Source: Bacillales bacterium
Lineage (GTDB): Bacteria; Bacillota_I; Bacilli_A; RF39; UBA660
DNA length: 64,000 bases
NCBI GenBank assembly: GCA_016292035.1
Contig: JAEEZR010000014.1
Coordinates: 33,171-97,170, forward strand
Reading direction: 5' to 3'
This document shows, one piece after another, positions 47,639 through 58,652 of this stretch (the stretch's first letter is position 1; every line of letters begins with the position of its first letter). Both the position numbers and the translations under genes were made by a program. The notes below the pieces were generated by a model that did not search any database, was not told the DNA's origin, and saw nothing but the letters and a program-made list of their open reading frames with translations.

Positions 47639-49975
47639 CTACTCTGTTCTAAGAGCTACTACTGGATCTTTTCTAGAAGCAATCTTAGAAGGTATAGCGC
47701 CACCTATTAATGTTAAAGATAGACTAACTATAATTAGTACTAATGCATGAAGTGGGTTTAGTACAGCTACATTTTTTATTTCTACTAGTTTAAATAATAG
47801 CATGTTTATAAATATTATTAGAATTCTTGAAATTATTATTCCAAGTAGTCCACTTGTTAATCCTATTATAAATACTTCTGCATTAAATACTCTAGATATA
47901 TCTTTTTTTCTAGCTCCTAGTGCTCTTAAAACACCTATTTCTTTTGTTCTTTCAAGTACACTTGTATATGTAATAATGCCTATCATTATAGAGCTTACTA
48001 CTAAGCTTACTGCTGAGAATGCTATTAGTACATATGTTACAGCATCCATTATATTTTCACTTAAACTAGTTATAGTAGAAGCTAAATCATTATATATTAT
48101 TCTTTCGTTTTCTTCTTTTCCTTCATTATATTTATCTAAGTATTCTTCTACCTTATTTTTACTATCAAAGTCTTTAGAGTAAATATTAATTACATAAGGA
48201 TTATCACTTCCACCTAGCATTGATAGAAAATAAGTTTTATCACTTTCTGATAGGTCTAAACCTGTTAATATATTTCTATTTGTATTTTTTTGAGCAGATA
48301 CTATATTACTTTTAGAGTTTATTTCTATTACTTTTTCTACTAGTGATTCATTATATAATATTGCTCCTGTAGCCATTATTCTAGAAGAATTTGATGCTTG
48401 CATATTTTCGTTAGAAGCAAATGCAAGCGCTACTTCACCTAGATTGCCTTCTTCTTTATTTCTGATAATGCCTACTATTTTTAATGTAATATTATTCTTA
48501 TTATTATATAGTTCATCAGAAGGTTTAGATGGGAAATACATTCCATTATAATTATTATAATATTCATTATTTAAAACTATTTTTATTTCTTTTCCTATTA
48601 TTTCATTAAATGGTACTTCATCTTTTTCTATTCCAAGAAGCATAAGCACATTTTTAGATATTCTATTTTTATTATCTACTAGAAGCATTAGTTCATTATA
48701 TTCTGTTGCTTCTTTTCCTCCAATAACATTATAAGCTCTTTTGGTAAATGATTCTTTATCAAATGTAAGAGGAAGACTATGCATTTGAAGAGAAGATAAG
48801 TCTGTGTATTTTACTCCATCACCATTTTTAATTAGCATGTTAAAATTTGTTAGTCTTGCAAATGATATTCCATTAATAAGAGATGAATCTATTTTCTTTA
48901 CATAATCAATATATTCGTCTGTTAAATTATTTGTATGCATTAGATTAAATTCTGATAAATCAAATGGATATACCATTTTACTACCTGAGAATTCTTCATA
49001 GCTATTCATTTTACTGTTAAAACTTTTTATTTGTTCTTCGCTAAGACTTATAGTTGAAGCTGATACCATAAGTGGGAAGTTTGCTAGTGAGTCTTCTTCA
49101 TATTTATCTATTTGTTTATCCATTCCATTGCTTAAAGATAGTATTAAGCATATTCCTATTACACCAATTGAAGAAGCAAATGAAGTTAAAAGCGTTCTTC
49201 CTTTTTTAGTTTTAATGTTATTAAAGCTTAAACTTAGGGCTGCTAAAAATCCCATTTTAGTTTTCTTTATTTTAATGTTGTCATCTAATTTTTCTTCTTC
49301 TTTTGGTTTACTATCTTTAACAACTTCTCCATCTTTAAGTTCAATTATACGGCTAGAGTATTCTTTAGCAAGTTCTGGATTATGAGTTACCATTATTACT
49401 AATTTTTCTTTTGATATTTCTTTTATTAAATCCATTATTTGTTTACTTGTTTTTGTATCTAGTGCTCCGGTTGGTTCATCTGCAAGTATTACTTGTGGAT
49501 CATTTACTAGGGCTCTTGCTATTGCAACTCTTTGCATTTGACCACCAGATAATTCATTTGGCTTCTTATGAGAGTGTTCAAGAAGTCCTACTCTTTTTAA
49601 AGCTTCTAATGCTCTTTTCTTTCTTGCTCTTTCACCTACTCCACTTAGTGTTAAACTTATTTCAACGTTTTGAAGAATAGTTAAATGATTTATTAAATTA
49701 TAACTTTGGAATATAAATCCAATACAGTTATTTCTATATGCATCCCAAAGTTGATCATTAAACTTTTTGGTACTTTTACCATTTATGATTAAATCACCAC
49801 TGTCATATCTATCAAGTCCACCTATTATATTTAAAAGTGTTGTTTTACCACTACCACTTACTCCAAGAATTGATACAAATTCTTTTGATCCAAAAGAAAG
49901 ATTTATTCCCTTTAATGCATGTTGGATAAAACTACCTGTTTTGTAACTTTTTCTAATATTTTTTAATTCTAGCAT
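47639..49975 (-). CDS. fused ABC ATPase-FtsX/MacB-type permease
   Basis: N-terminal GVSGSGKTT, LSGGQMQRVAIARAL, ILADEPTGALD. Large extracytoplasmic domain. C-terminal FtsX-type TM bundle with EIGVLRALGA. Confidence 0.88.
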   Translation of the reverse strand: MLELKNIRKSYKTGSFIQHALKGINLSFGSKEFVSILGVSGSGKTTLLNIIGGLDRYDSGDLIINGKSTKKFNDQLWDAYRNNCIGFIFQSYNLINHLTILQNVEISLTLSGVGERARKKRALEALKRVGLLEHSHKKPNELSGGQMQRVAIARALVNDPQVILADEPTGALDTKTSKQIMDLIKEISKEKLVIMVTHNPELAKEYSSRIIELKDGEVVKDSKPKEEEKLDDNIKIKKTKMGFLAALSLSFNNIKTKKGRTLLTSFASSIGVIGICLILSLSNGMDKQIDKYEEDSLANFPLMVSASTISLSEEQIKSFNSKMNSYEEFSGSKMVYPFDLSEFNLMHTNNLTDEYIDYVKKIDSSLINGISFARLTNFNMLIKNGDGVKYTDLSSLQMHSLPLTFDKESFTKRAYNVIGGKEATEYNELMLLVDNKNRISKNVLMLLGIEKDEVPFNEIIGKEIKIVLNNEYYNNYNGMYFPSKPSDELYNNKNNITLKIVGIIRNKEEGNLGEVALAFASNENMQASNSSRIMATGAILYNESLVEKVIEINSKSNIVSAQKNTNRNILTGLDLSESDKTYFLSMLGGSDNPYVINIYSKDFDSKNKVEEYLDKYNEGKEENERIIYNDLASTITSLSENIMDAVTYVLIAFSAVSLVVSSIMIGIITYTSVLERTKEIGVLRALGARKKDISRVFNAEVFIIGLTSGLLGIIISRILIIFINMLLFKLVEIKNVAVLNPLHALVLIIVSLSLTLIGGAIPSKIASRKDPVVALRTE

Positions 49976-50065
49976 ATATCCTCCTTATTAATATATGTAT
50001 TATTTTATCATTAAATAACATTTTTTTAAATAATATGTTAAAATATAGGTGAAATTAGTAAAATG

Positions 50066-50112
50066 CAACTCAAAATTGACAAATTACAACTCAAAGTTGG
50101 TGTTATGCAACC
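50066..50112. promoter_or_regulatory. three 21-bp-phased operator-like repeats upstream of the XRE-family gene
   Basis: CAACTCAAAATTG (50066-50078), CAACTCAAAGTTG (50087-50099, perfect CAACT-N3-AGTTG palindrome), CAACC (50108-50112). Confidence 0.45.
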
Positions 50113-50148
50113 GGGTTTCATAATATAATTTTTGCGAGGTGTTGGAAA

Positions 50149-51678
50149 ATGAAGTTTAGTGAAAAACTAACAAAATTGAGAAAAGAAAATGGTCTTTCTC
50201 AAGAAGATCTAGCAGATAAACTAGATGTCTCTAGACAATCAGTATCTAAGTGGGAACTTGGTACTACATATCCAGAAATGGATAAGCTTCTTACCATGTG
50301 TAAGATATTTAATGTTACTCTTGATGATTTAACAAATGATGAAGTAGATTTTAAAGAAGTAAATAATAAAAAGAAAAACTACTTTGATTCTATGATGGAT
50401 GATATTACACATATCATAGATAATTCGTATAATATGTTTAAGAGTATGAATGGTAAACAACTTGCTAAGGTATTATTTGAATTATTCATTATATTCATTG
50501 TACTATTGTTTTGTAGGATACCATTTGAAATGATAGCGTATGATGGTGCTGACTTAATTGCCACTATTCCTACTGTTGGAAATTTCTTCGGTAGACTTTG
50601 GGAGTGCATTATTAATCTTGCTTATGTTGCTTTATTTATATTTACTTACTTGTATATATATAAGAGTCAATTCCTTGATAAATATGAAAAGGAAGATAAA
50701 AAAGTGGAAGAGGTAAATGAAGAAGCTACTACTAATAATGAAGTAAAAAAAGAAAGTGTTGTAAGAGAAACTAAAGATAGTAGCACTTCAGGTGCATTAT
50801 TTAAGACTATTAAAGGAATCGTTATATTCTTCTTTAAAGTATTCTTACTAACATTATTTATTCCTGCTATATTCTTTTTAGTAGGTTTATCAGTTGCTTT
50901 CTTCATTATGCTATATTTAATAATACATGGAGTATTCTATTTTGGATTCATAGTTAGTATAATTGGTCTTATTATTTTATGTGGATTATTTATTAGAATT
51001 CTTTATAGTGGTATTTCTGATTATGAAATTAATCTTAAGAGTGTATTTGCTACTGGTATTATAGGTCTTATAATTGTAGGATGTGGATTTGGACTATCTG
51101 CTATAGACGTAAGTAAAACTAAGTTTATTAATGATATACCTAGCAATAATATGGACGTATATACTAAGACATACGAATATTCATCAAGTGATAATATAAT
51201 AATTTCTGATAATGCATATAATAAAGAAGAATATGTAGTAGATGAAAATTTAAAAGATAAGGTTATAGTAGAAATCAAATATTTTAATAGACTAATGGAT
51301 GTTGATGTTGATACTTTTACAAGAGGAAATTATAAACTAGTAGATTTTGATACAAATGCTATTTTTTCTAAAGATGTATTTGATATTGCTATTGAAGGAT
51401 TAAAGAAACATACCATTTATAACTACACTAAATTATATACATATAATGTAGTTATTAAGTCATCAAAATCAAATATAGATAAAATGAGTAAAAACACGAA
51501 TGATTATTATCGTGATCTTAGTAATCATTATAATGAAAGACAAAATAATGAGGACGCTATTGAAGAGTTAGAAAGCAGAGTTATTGAGCTAGAAAATATT
51601 AATAACTCTCTTAAAGATGAAAATGAAGTATTAAAGGATAAAATTAATTCTTATAAAGAAGCAGTAAACAACTTATAA
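50149..51678 (+). CDS. membrane-bound XRE-family HTH protein with C-terminal coiled coil
   Basis: LRKENGLSQEDLADKLDVSRQSVSKWELG (Cro/C1 HTH), at least 5 TM helices, extracytoplasmic domain, terminal coiled coil. Confidence 0.8.
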   Translation: MKFSEKLTKLRKENGLSQEDLADKLDVSRQSVSKWELGTTYPEMDKLLTMCKIFNVTLDDLTNDEVDFKEVNNKKKNYFDSMMDDITHIIDNSYNMFKSMNGKQLAKVLFELFIIFIVLLFCRIPFEMIAYDGADLIATIPTVGNFFGRLWECIINLAYVALFIFTYLYIYKSQFLDKYEKEDKKVEEVNEEATTNNEVKKESVVRETKDSSTSGALFKTIKGIVIFFFKVFLLTLFIPAIFFLVGLSVAFFIMLYLIIHGVFYFGFIVSIIGLIILCGLFIRILYSGISDYEINLKSVFATGIIGLIIVGCGFGLSAIDVSKTKFINDIPSNNMDVYTKTYEYSSSDNIIISDNAYNKEEYVVDENLKDKVIVEIKYFNRLMDVDVDTFTRGNYKLVDFDTNAIFSKDVFDIAIEGLKKHTIYNYTKLYTYNVVIKSSKSNIDKMSKNTNDYYRDLSNHYNERQNNEDAIEELESRVIELENINNSLKDENEVLKDKINSYKEAVNNL

Positions 51679-51748
51679 TAAGTTGTTTACTTTTTTTTAA
51701 TAATTACTATACAACTCGAATATTATTTGTTATAATTATAACTGATGT

Positions 51749-51823
51749 GGATCCGTAGCCAAGAGGCTAAGGCATCGGACTGCAACTCCGCGAGCGCCGG
51801 TTCGACTCCGGCCGGGTCCTCCA
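51749..51823 (+). tRNA. tRNA-Cys (anticodon GCA), CCA encoded
   Basis: Hand-folded. Acceptor ggatccg/cgggtcc, anticodon loop cuGCAac, T arm gccgg-ttcgact-ccggc. Confidence 0.88.
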
Positions 51824-51832
51824 ATAAAAAAT

Positions 51833-51857
51833 AAACGAGCTATTAGCTCGTTTTTTT
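51833..51857 (+). terminator. intrinsic terminator after tRNA-Cys
   Basis: Stem aaacgagct / agctcgttt followed by TTTT. Confidence 0.8.
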
Positions 51858-51909
51858 CTTTCTATTTTTTCTTATTATGTTATAATAGGTTTTAACAGAG
51901 GTGGCTTTG

Positions 51910-52419
51910 ATGAAATATGTTAAAACTAATCTAGAAATATCTGAGGAATGGGGCCTTAATGAAGAGGCTATAGGCAAGATCAGAGACGCTATTGAAGAGT
52001 TATCTAATGTAGATGAAGTTAGATGTGTGGTATTAGATGCTATATTGCAATCATATGATGCTAGGCATTATATTGATTATGGGCTTTTGATTAATCTTTA
52101 TGTTGTGGCTGACGCTGATTTAGAAACAAGAAATTATATACAGTCTATTTTAGACAAATTTAAATGGGTTAGTGATTGGCCAAGAGCAAAATGGGAAACT
52201 AACTATTATGCTGAAATCATTAAGGCTAAGTCAATTCAGGATAGCTTTATCATTAGAGAGTTTCTTATTAATTCTATATCTAAGGGATACACTCTTATAG
52301 ATAAAGATAACTATTTTGAGAGATATGCCATTAGTGACGATCAAGATCTACATGTTTCAATTACTAATATTGATGAACTAGAGAATGAACTTAAATTAAA
52401 AAACACTAAGAATTCTTAG
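51910..52419 (+). CDS. hypothetical cytoplasmic protein
   Basis: Start moved to ATG 51910 (AGAGGTGG RBS). I recognised no motif. Confidence 0.55.
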   Translation: MKYVKTNLEISEEWGLNEEAIGKIRDAIEELSNVDEVRCVVLDAILQSYDARHYIDYGLLINLYVVADADLETRNYIQSILDKFKWVSDWPRAKWETNYYAEIIKAKSIQDSFIIREFLINSISKGYTLIDKDNYFERYAISDDQDLHVSITNIDELENELKLKNTKNS

Positions 52420-52424
52420 TGTTT

Positions 52425-54029
52425 TTATTTTAGTTTTATTTTATATTTTTTATTTCTTACAGTTATATTTAGAAATGCTGATTGTGCTTCTATAATAGAC
52501 TTATCTAATTCTATGTAAGCATTTTCTTTTGCTATGTGTTCTGATTCTATTATGTTTGCTTTAATTGTTTTCTCTTCTTTACCATTTACTATACTTACAC
52601 TAGCAAAGTGTTTTATAAAATCAGTTAATGTCTTTATATATTTATTTAAATATAAATTATTATCTATTTTAAGTGTTGCATTTATTTTTAATACAGTAGA
52701 AGAACCACTTCCCATTATGTTAGGTGCTATTATTTTTTTTCTAGCATAGCAATCTTTTCCATAACAGTATTGGTACTTTTCAGTAAATTCATTTCCTATT
52801 TCATAACTATTTATTGTTATTTCACTATTTAGAAGTGTAGAATCTGCAAAGTCTACTACATCTAATATATCATACTGTTCATAGTTATCATCTTTAATAT
52901 ACTCTGTAGGACTTAGTTTAGTATCTTTATATTTTGCTTTTAATTCTCCATTTATTAGATTTACTGAGTCCATCATTCTAAATATTGCTTTTGTGTGATC
53001 TGTCTTTTTAGGTATCTCATATAATAACAAATATGTATATTCTTCTGATGGATATAGTGTATTTTTATAATAAGTTTCTCCTAAGTCTTTAAAATACTCT
53101 GATAAGCTGTATGTTGGATAGTAATTCTTACCATCTACCATTAGTCTTAGATTTCTTGTATCTAGACTATTTCTAGCTTTAGTCTTATTGTTTATATTTA
53201 AATATACTACCATATATTTTTTATCTTTGTTAATTGTATTACCTTTTAAATCTGTATCTGTTACTATTGAATTTTGTACGTTAAAGTATATTCCATCCAC
53301 TTGGAACATGTCACTTTCATTATATGTCTTTTTATATACTGCTACATTAAGGAAAACACTAAATCCTGTTATTAATACTACTATTCCTATCATCATTGTT
53401 AGGAATACTTTATTTTCTAGCACATAGTATTTAAATTCTCTTTTAGCTCTTCTTAAGAATCTAAGTACTTTATAGTTATTCTGTCCGAATGTTACTTCTA
53501 TTTCTTCTTGATCTTCTTCTGCTATATCTAGTTCTGCTAGATCTTTTTTGAAGTCAAATTTCTTTATATCAAAGCCTATAGCTCTTATAGTTATTAATGT
53601 GATAAATATAAATTGAGGAGCATACATCATTAAAGATATATCTCTAAATGCTTTTATAGTTCTTATTTCATGTACTTTTGTAGCTAGATTATCTAGTATA
53701 CTAAAGTTAGCTAAGAATCCTATAAATAGGGCAAAATAGAATATACTAATAGTTATATAAAGTAATCTACTTTTCTTTTTCCATCTCATTAATAAATATA
53801 TAAACGATGTTAATAGTAGTAATACTATAATAACTACAAATACATAGAAATTAATATATGTTGTAGCTAGTTGTTCATTATATTCATAGAAACCATTTTT
53901 AACATATCCATTAAAAAAAGTATATAAACCGTTTGTCTTATATAAAAGGTAAAGCATGGCTATAGCAAGCATTAAATGTATAGCTTTAAAGTGTTTGATT
54001 AAAAATGCATATGGCTTTTTTACTATCAT
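52425..54029 (-). CDS. polytopic membrane protein with C-terminal extracytoplasmic beta-rich domain
   Basis: About 5 TM helices in the first 230 aa. No recognised catalytic motif. Confidence 0.6.
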   Translation of the reverse strand: MIVKKPYAFLIKHFKAIHLMLAIAMLYLLYKTNGLYTFFNGYVKNGFYEYNEQLATTYINFYVFVVIIVLLLLTSFIYLLMRWKKKSRLLYITISIFYFALFIGFLANFSILDNLATKVHEIRTIKAFRDISLMMYAPQFIFITLITIRAIGFDIKKFDFKKDLAELDIAEEDQEEIEVTFGQNNYKVLRFLRRAKREFKYYVLENKVFLTMMIGIVVLITGFSVFLNVAVYKKTYNESDMFQVDGIYFNVQNSIVTDTDLKGNTINKDKKYMVVYLNINNKTKARNSLDTRNLRLMVDGKNYYPTYSLSEYFKDLGETYYKNTLYPSEEYTYLLLYEIPKKTDHTKAIFRMMDSVNLINGELKAKYKDTKLSPTEYIKDDNYEQYDILDVVDFADSTLLNSEITINSYEIGNEFTEKYQYCYGKDCYARKKIIAPNIMGSGSSTVLKINATLKIDNNLYLNKYIKTLTDFIKHFASVSIVNGKEEKTIKANIIESEHIAKENAYIELDKSIIEAQSAFLNITVRNKKYKIKLK

Positions 54030-54117
54030 CTTTACCTCTCCTATTCTTCTTATTATATTATAAAAAGAATTTAATTAAAATACAAGGCTTTTGCCATTTA
54101 AAAAGGAATAATAAAGA

Positions 54118-54450
54118 TTATTCCTTTTTAAAAATCATTTGCTGTGGAAGTAAATATATTTCTTTATTTTGATCTATTATTTTACTTATATCACTATTAA
54201 ATACTTTCTCTAAGCTATTTAGAGTATCATTTTCTTTTGTTATATAATACTCTACTCCTTTGTTTGGTACTTTAATAGTGTCTCCTTCATATAAATAGTC
54301 ATCCATTTCCATACCGTTTATATAAGCAATTAGTTTAGGGTTTACATTAAATAATTTACTTATTTTATATAAAGTATCTCCTTTTTCTACTTTATAGTCA
54401 GTGTAATATTTTCCATTTTTTATTAACCTTAGGTTATACATAGTCATCAC
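54118..54450 (-). CDS. protein with two LysM domains
   Basis: YKVEKGDTLYKISKLFNVNPKLIAYINGM...GDTIKVP and YYITKENDTLNSLEKVFNSDISKIIDQN. Confidence 0.75.
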   Translation of the reverse strand: MMTMYNLRLIKNGKYYTDYKVEKGDTLYKISKLFNVNPKLIAYINGMEMDDYLYEGDTIKVPNKGVEYYITKENDTLNSLEKVFNSDISKIIDQNKEIYLLPQQMIFKKE

Positions 54451-54473
54451 CTAAAGTATTATATGGTTTTTAT

Positions 54474-55562
54474 TTATTTTTGATATATAAATACATTATT
54501 ATTAGTATTAAAATTAAGTTCAAAGTAGTGAAGTATATTCTTTGTGTTTTCTAAAGAGTATTTATATATATTGTCTTCATTTATGTAATATATATCAAAG
54601 CCCTTATTATATACTTTCTTAGCCTTAGCGGCATATTTAATCTTAAAGTAGTTATATGAAATGATATTATTATCTACTATTATTGGTGATTCTTCTTTGC
54701 TAAAGAATGTTATTTTCTCTGTTTTATATTCTTTTAAAGAAGCATCAACTACTTTATTATTTACTACTTTTTCATATCCTTTTATGTTACTTCCTACAAG
54801 GCTTATATTTTTCTTTCTATAGTTAATTTTATATAAGTTTTCACTTTTATTATCAAATAAATATATATTATCTTTATATGTTCCTGCATAGTATGAATCT
54901 ATACTTATAGTATTATTTGAATCTATTTCATATGTTTTTTTAGTTGTTATGTCTAGTAATACAAAGCTATTAAAAGTATATTCTTCATCATATTTTGGAA
55001 ATAATAAATATTTATCTATTTCTATCATTAAATCATTATTATATCTATTTTTATCAAATAGTTTTATTTCTTCTTCATTTATTCCATTATAGTAGTAAAA
55101 ACCATCATATTTCCATACTAATAAATATTCATTATCATTAAGTCCATAGTATTCTAAATCTTTATTTGAAGATGACACTTTTAAAGAGCCACTTGCTAGT
55201 TCTTTTGTTATAAACTCATTGTCTTTATAACATACAGTATATGTTTTTATTTTATCAATTAATGGAGTTAGACAAGTGTATCCTTCTATTTGTTCTTCTT
55301 TTATTTTATCTACTATTTTTCTTTTTGCTTTTCTTTTACTAAATAATAGATATTTATATTCTATATTATCTTTTTCTACTATTATATTTATTGTTTTATC
55401 TTTTACTATTTCAGTTATATTATAACCATTTAATTTATAGCTAATTGAGTAATCTTTAGTTATATTTCTAATAAATAAAAATAGTATTAATAATAATATT
55501 AATATAAAAACTATTTTATATTCTTTTTTTATTTTTCTTTTACTAGTTTTCAATAACACCAA
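54474..55562 (-). CDS. membrane-anchored hypothetical protein
   Basis: One N-terminal TM helix and a Y/N/K-rich beta-type ectodomain. Confidence 0.55.
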   Translation of the reverse strand: MVLLKTSKRKIKKEYKIVFILILLLILFLFIRNITKDYSISYKLNGYNITEIVKDKTINIIVEKDNIEYKYLLFSKRKAKRKIVDKIKEEQIEGYTCLTPLIDKIKTYTVCYKDNEFITKELASGSLKVSSSNKDLEYYGLNDNEYLLVWKYDGFYYYNGINEEEIKLFDKNRYNNDLMIEIDKYLLFPKYDEEYTFNSFVLLDITTKKTYEIDSNNTISIDSYYAGTYKDNIYLFDNKSENLYKINYRKKNISLVGSNIKGYEKVVNNKVVDASLKEYKTEKITFFSKEESPIIVDNNIISYNYFKIKYAAKAKKVYNKGFDIYYINEDNIYKYSLENTKNILHYFELNFNTNNNVFIYQK

Positions 55563-55986
55563 CTGCCTTTAAGAAACTTATTAGTTTTGTTTTTGTCATT
55601 TCTCCTGATTTTTCTTTTAGTAAAGTACCATTTTTTGTTATAAAAGTATGTGGTGTTCCTTCAAAGTTTTCTAATTTATATATATTTGTTACTGCATTTC
55701 TATCAATCTCTGATAATGTATCTATATCAATCCAATGTAATTTAAAGCCATTTTCATTTTGAACTTCTTCTATGATTGGTTTTAGATTATGGCAATGTGA
55801 ACATGTAGTTTGCGCTAATACAGATACTACATACTCATCTTTTTTAGTATCTTCATACCAAGTTTTTATTTCTTCACTTTCTATTTTAAATGAGTCATCT
55901 TTTGATAAAATAGCTAATAGTATAAATAATAGTATAAATACAAATATTACTATTAGCGGTATATGTTTTTTTATAAACTTCTTCAT
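55543..55986 (-). CDS. membrane-anchored thioredoxin-like protein (CSHC active site)
   Basis: N-terminal TM helix, CSHC motif, thioredoxin-fold spacing with a GTPHTF cis-Pro loop. Confidence 0.75.
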   Translation of the reverse strand: MKKFIKKHIPLIVIFVFILLFILLAILSKDDSFKIESEEIKTWYEDTKKDEYVVSVLAQTTCSHCHNLKPIIEEVQNENGFKLHWIDIDTLSEIDRNAVTNIYKLENFEGTPHTFITKNGTLLKEKSGEMTKTKLISFLKAVGVIEN

Positions 55987-56061
55987 AATTAATTCCTTCC
56001 TTATTACATTTTTATATTACCACAATTTTTGTAAAATAAAAACTCTTTATGATAAGAGTCT

Positions 56062-58596
56062 TTAAACACCTAGAGGCTTTTTTAGTTTTTTAAGTATTAG
56101 CTTTCTTAAGAAATCAAATGGTATAACTAATGATGAAAGAAACAGTGTTATGTTTAATTCTTTTATAGTTAATCCCGTTGTTCTAAAAATAGTTCCTCCA
56201 TAGTATATCATTATCAACTGAACTATCACTATTATTGCCACTACTGATAAAAAAGCTTTATTTTTATGAAGATTTGCAAATATGTTTAATCTATGTGTTC
56301 TAGCATTAAATGCATTAAACACACTCATAAATATAAATATACTAAAGAATGCTGTCATTATATATTTATTTGTTTTATCTATTCTATAAAAGCTTTGAAG
56401 AAAATCACTTTTTAAGAATAATAAGCAAAATAGTCCCATGAATAATCCTGTTACTATTATTTCATTTATCATGTATTTATTCATTATGTTTTCTTCTCTT
56501 TTTTTAGGTTTTTCTTTCATATATTCAATTAGTGGAGGTTCAAAAGAGTAGGCAACACCTGCTAATGTATCCATTATCATGTTTATCCAAAGCATTTGCA
56601 CTAGTGTTACTGGTGAAGTTATACCAAGAAGTGGTGCTATTACTGATAGCATCATGGCTACCATATTTGTACTTAGTTGAAATATTATAAATTTTCTTAT
56701 GCTTTTAAATATTGTTCTTCCAAATAGTATAGTTTTTGCTATAGACATATAGTTATCATCAAGCACAATTATATCACTTACTTCTTTAGCTACTTCTGAA
56801 GCACTTCCCATTGCAAATCCAACGTCTGCTCTTTTTAAAGCAGGAGCATCATTTACTCCATCTCCAGTCATTCCTGTTACAAGACCTAGGCTTTGTGAAA
56901 TGCTTACTAATCTTTTCTTATCTTCTGGTAATGAACGAGCTATTACTTTTATACTAGGCAATAATCTTTTTATTTCTTCATCACTTTTTTTCTCTATATC
57001 ACTATGAGTTAATACTAGATCTTTATCGTTTGTTATTAGGCCAATTTCTTTTGCCACTGAAGTGGCTGTTAGTTCATTATCTCCCGTTATCATTACGGTT
57101 TGTACTCCTGCATCTGTCACTAAGCTTACCGCTTCTTTAATTTCTTTTCTTACTTCATCTTTGATTAATACTAGTCCTAGAAATGTCAAATTACTAAATT
57201 CTTCATTTCCTACTGCGCAGGCTAGTGTTCTATATCCTTTCTTTGTGTATTCATTAGCTAATGCCATAATACTTTTATCTAATACTTTTCTTTTAGCATT
57301 AGTATCATAATAGAAAGAACACTTATCTATTATTAATTCATATGCTCCTTTATAAAAAGTTGTTTTATTATTATAATTTATTGTTACTGATGAATATTTA
57401 TTTTTACTATCAAATAAAGTTCTATTTAGTACTTCATATTTATCTTTGTTTGAAGAGTTTACAAACTTTATTATTGCTTGATCTGTTGTATTACCAAGCA
57501 TTACTTTATCCATTATTATAGATTCATTATTATATACGAGTGATATGTAGATTAGTTCTTTTAATTTATTATTTATGTCTTTAAATTTATTAAATCTTAC
57601 ATTATTATGTAAAACAAAGTCTGTCATTGTTAGTTTTCCATTTGTTAGAGTTCCTGTTTTATCAGTAAATAATATATTTAAAGATCCCGCACTTTCTATG
57701 CCGACTAGTTTTCTTACTAATACATTATTTTTTATGAGTTTTTTCATATTTGATGATAAAACTAGCGTAATCATCATTGGTAATCCTTCTGGAACAGCTA
57801 CAACTACAACTGTAATTGCAAGTGTAAGAGAATATAATATATGCGGCACTAATTCTTCAAAAGATGTTATTCCTTTTATTAATATTGTACTTATTAAGTA
57901 AGAGGACATTACGAGCAGGGCACATATATATCCTACTTTGCTTATAAACGAGGCTAACACTTTTAATTTTTCTTTTAATGGACTTATTGGAGCTTTTTCT
58001 TTAATATCTTTTGCTATTTTTCCATAGTAAGTGTTATCTCCTACCTTTATTACTTTTGCTATACATCTTCCTGATATAACTGTACTTCCCATGTATATTT
58101 CATCATTTATATTTTTATATTTTTCTTTACTTTCACCTGTTATTGCGCTTTCATCTACTGAAATAGTTTTACTTATGACGATGCAGTCTGCTCCTACTTT
58201 ATCACCACTTTCTAGAAAAAGTAAATCGTCTACTACTAATTGCTCTACATCAACGGTTTTTACTACACCGTTTCTTATTACTTTAGCATTTGATATAGTA
58301 TCGTTAGAAAGCTTTTCAAATGCTTTTTCTGAAGCATATTCACTCATTGAACTTATTAGTGTAGCTAGTATTATTGCTACTATTATTCCTACTGTTTCAT
58401 ATATATCGCTATCTTTTAAAAAGAATATTATTTTTATTCCTAAAGCTATTAATAATATTTTTATTATCGGATCATTTAGTGACTCTATTATGAAATTAAA
58501 AAGGTTATTTCTTTTATATTCACTTATTTTGTTAGATCCATTTTTATTTCTAGATATTATTACTTCCTCATCTGTTAGTCCTTTATAAGTGTTCAT
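56062..58596 (-). CDS. cation-transporting P-type ATPase (P2-like; Ca2+/Mg2+ type, ion not assignable)
   Basis: DKTGTLT, TGES, MITGDN, MTGDGVNDAPAL. Start set at ATG 58596 (GGTGA upstream; MNTYKGLTDEEV is a typical N-terminus). The frame stays open upstream to 58800; see findings. Confidence 0.85.
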   Translation of the reverse strand: MNTYKGLTDEEVIISRNKNGSNKISEYKRNNLFNFIIESLNDPIIKILLIALGIKIIFFLKDSDIYETVGIIVAIILATLISSMSEYASEKAFEKLSNDTISNAKVIRNGVVKTVDVEQLVVDDLLFLESGDKVGADCIVISKTISVDESAITGESKEKYKNINDEIYMGSTVISGRCIAKVIKVGDNTYYGKIAKDIKEKAPISPLKEKLKVLASFISKVGYICALLVMSSYLISTILIKGITSFEELVPHILYSLTLAITVVVVAVPEGLPMMITLVLSSNMKKLIKNNVLVRKLVGIESAGSLNILFTDKTGTLTNGKLTMTDFVLHNNVRFNKFKDINNKLKELIYISLVYNNESIIMDKVMLGNTTDQAIIKFVNSSNKDKYEVLNRTLFDSKNKYSSVTINYNNKTTFYKGAYELIIDKCSFYYDTNAKRKVLDKSIMALANEYTKKGYRTLACAVGNEEFSNLTFLGLVLIKDEVRKEIKEAVSLVTDAGVQTVMITGDNELTATSVAKEIGLITNDKDLVLTHSDIEKKSDEEIKRLLPSIKVIARSLPEDKKRLVSISQSLGLVTGMTGDGVNDAPALKRADVGFAMGSASEVAKEVSDIIVLDDNYMSIAKTILFGRTIFKSIRKFIIFQLSTNMVAMMLSVIAPLLGITSPVTLVQMLWINMIMDTLAGVAYSFEPPLIEYMKEKPKKREENIMNKYMINEIIVTGLFMGLFCLLFLKSDFLQSFYRIDKTNKYIMTAFFSIFIFMSVFNAFNARTHRLNIFANLHKNKAFLSVVAIIVIVQLIMIYYGGTIFRTTGLTIKELNITLFLSSLVIPFDFLRKLILKKLKKPLGV

Positions 58597-58623
58597 ATTT
58601 TCACCAATAAAGTATATGAAACA

Positions 58624-58652
58624 AAATAAAAAAAAGACTAGTTTTCTAGTTT
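58624..58652 (-). promoter_or_regulatory. weak hairpin plus U8 tract in the ATPase leader (possible attenuator)
   Basis: actag-aaaa-ctagt followed by TCTTTTTTTT. The stem is only 5 bp, hence the low confidence. Confidence 0.3.
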
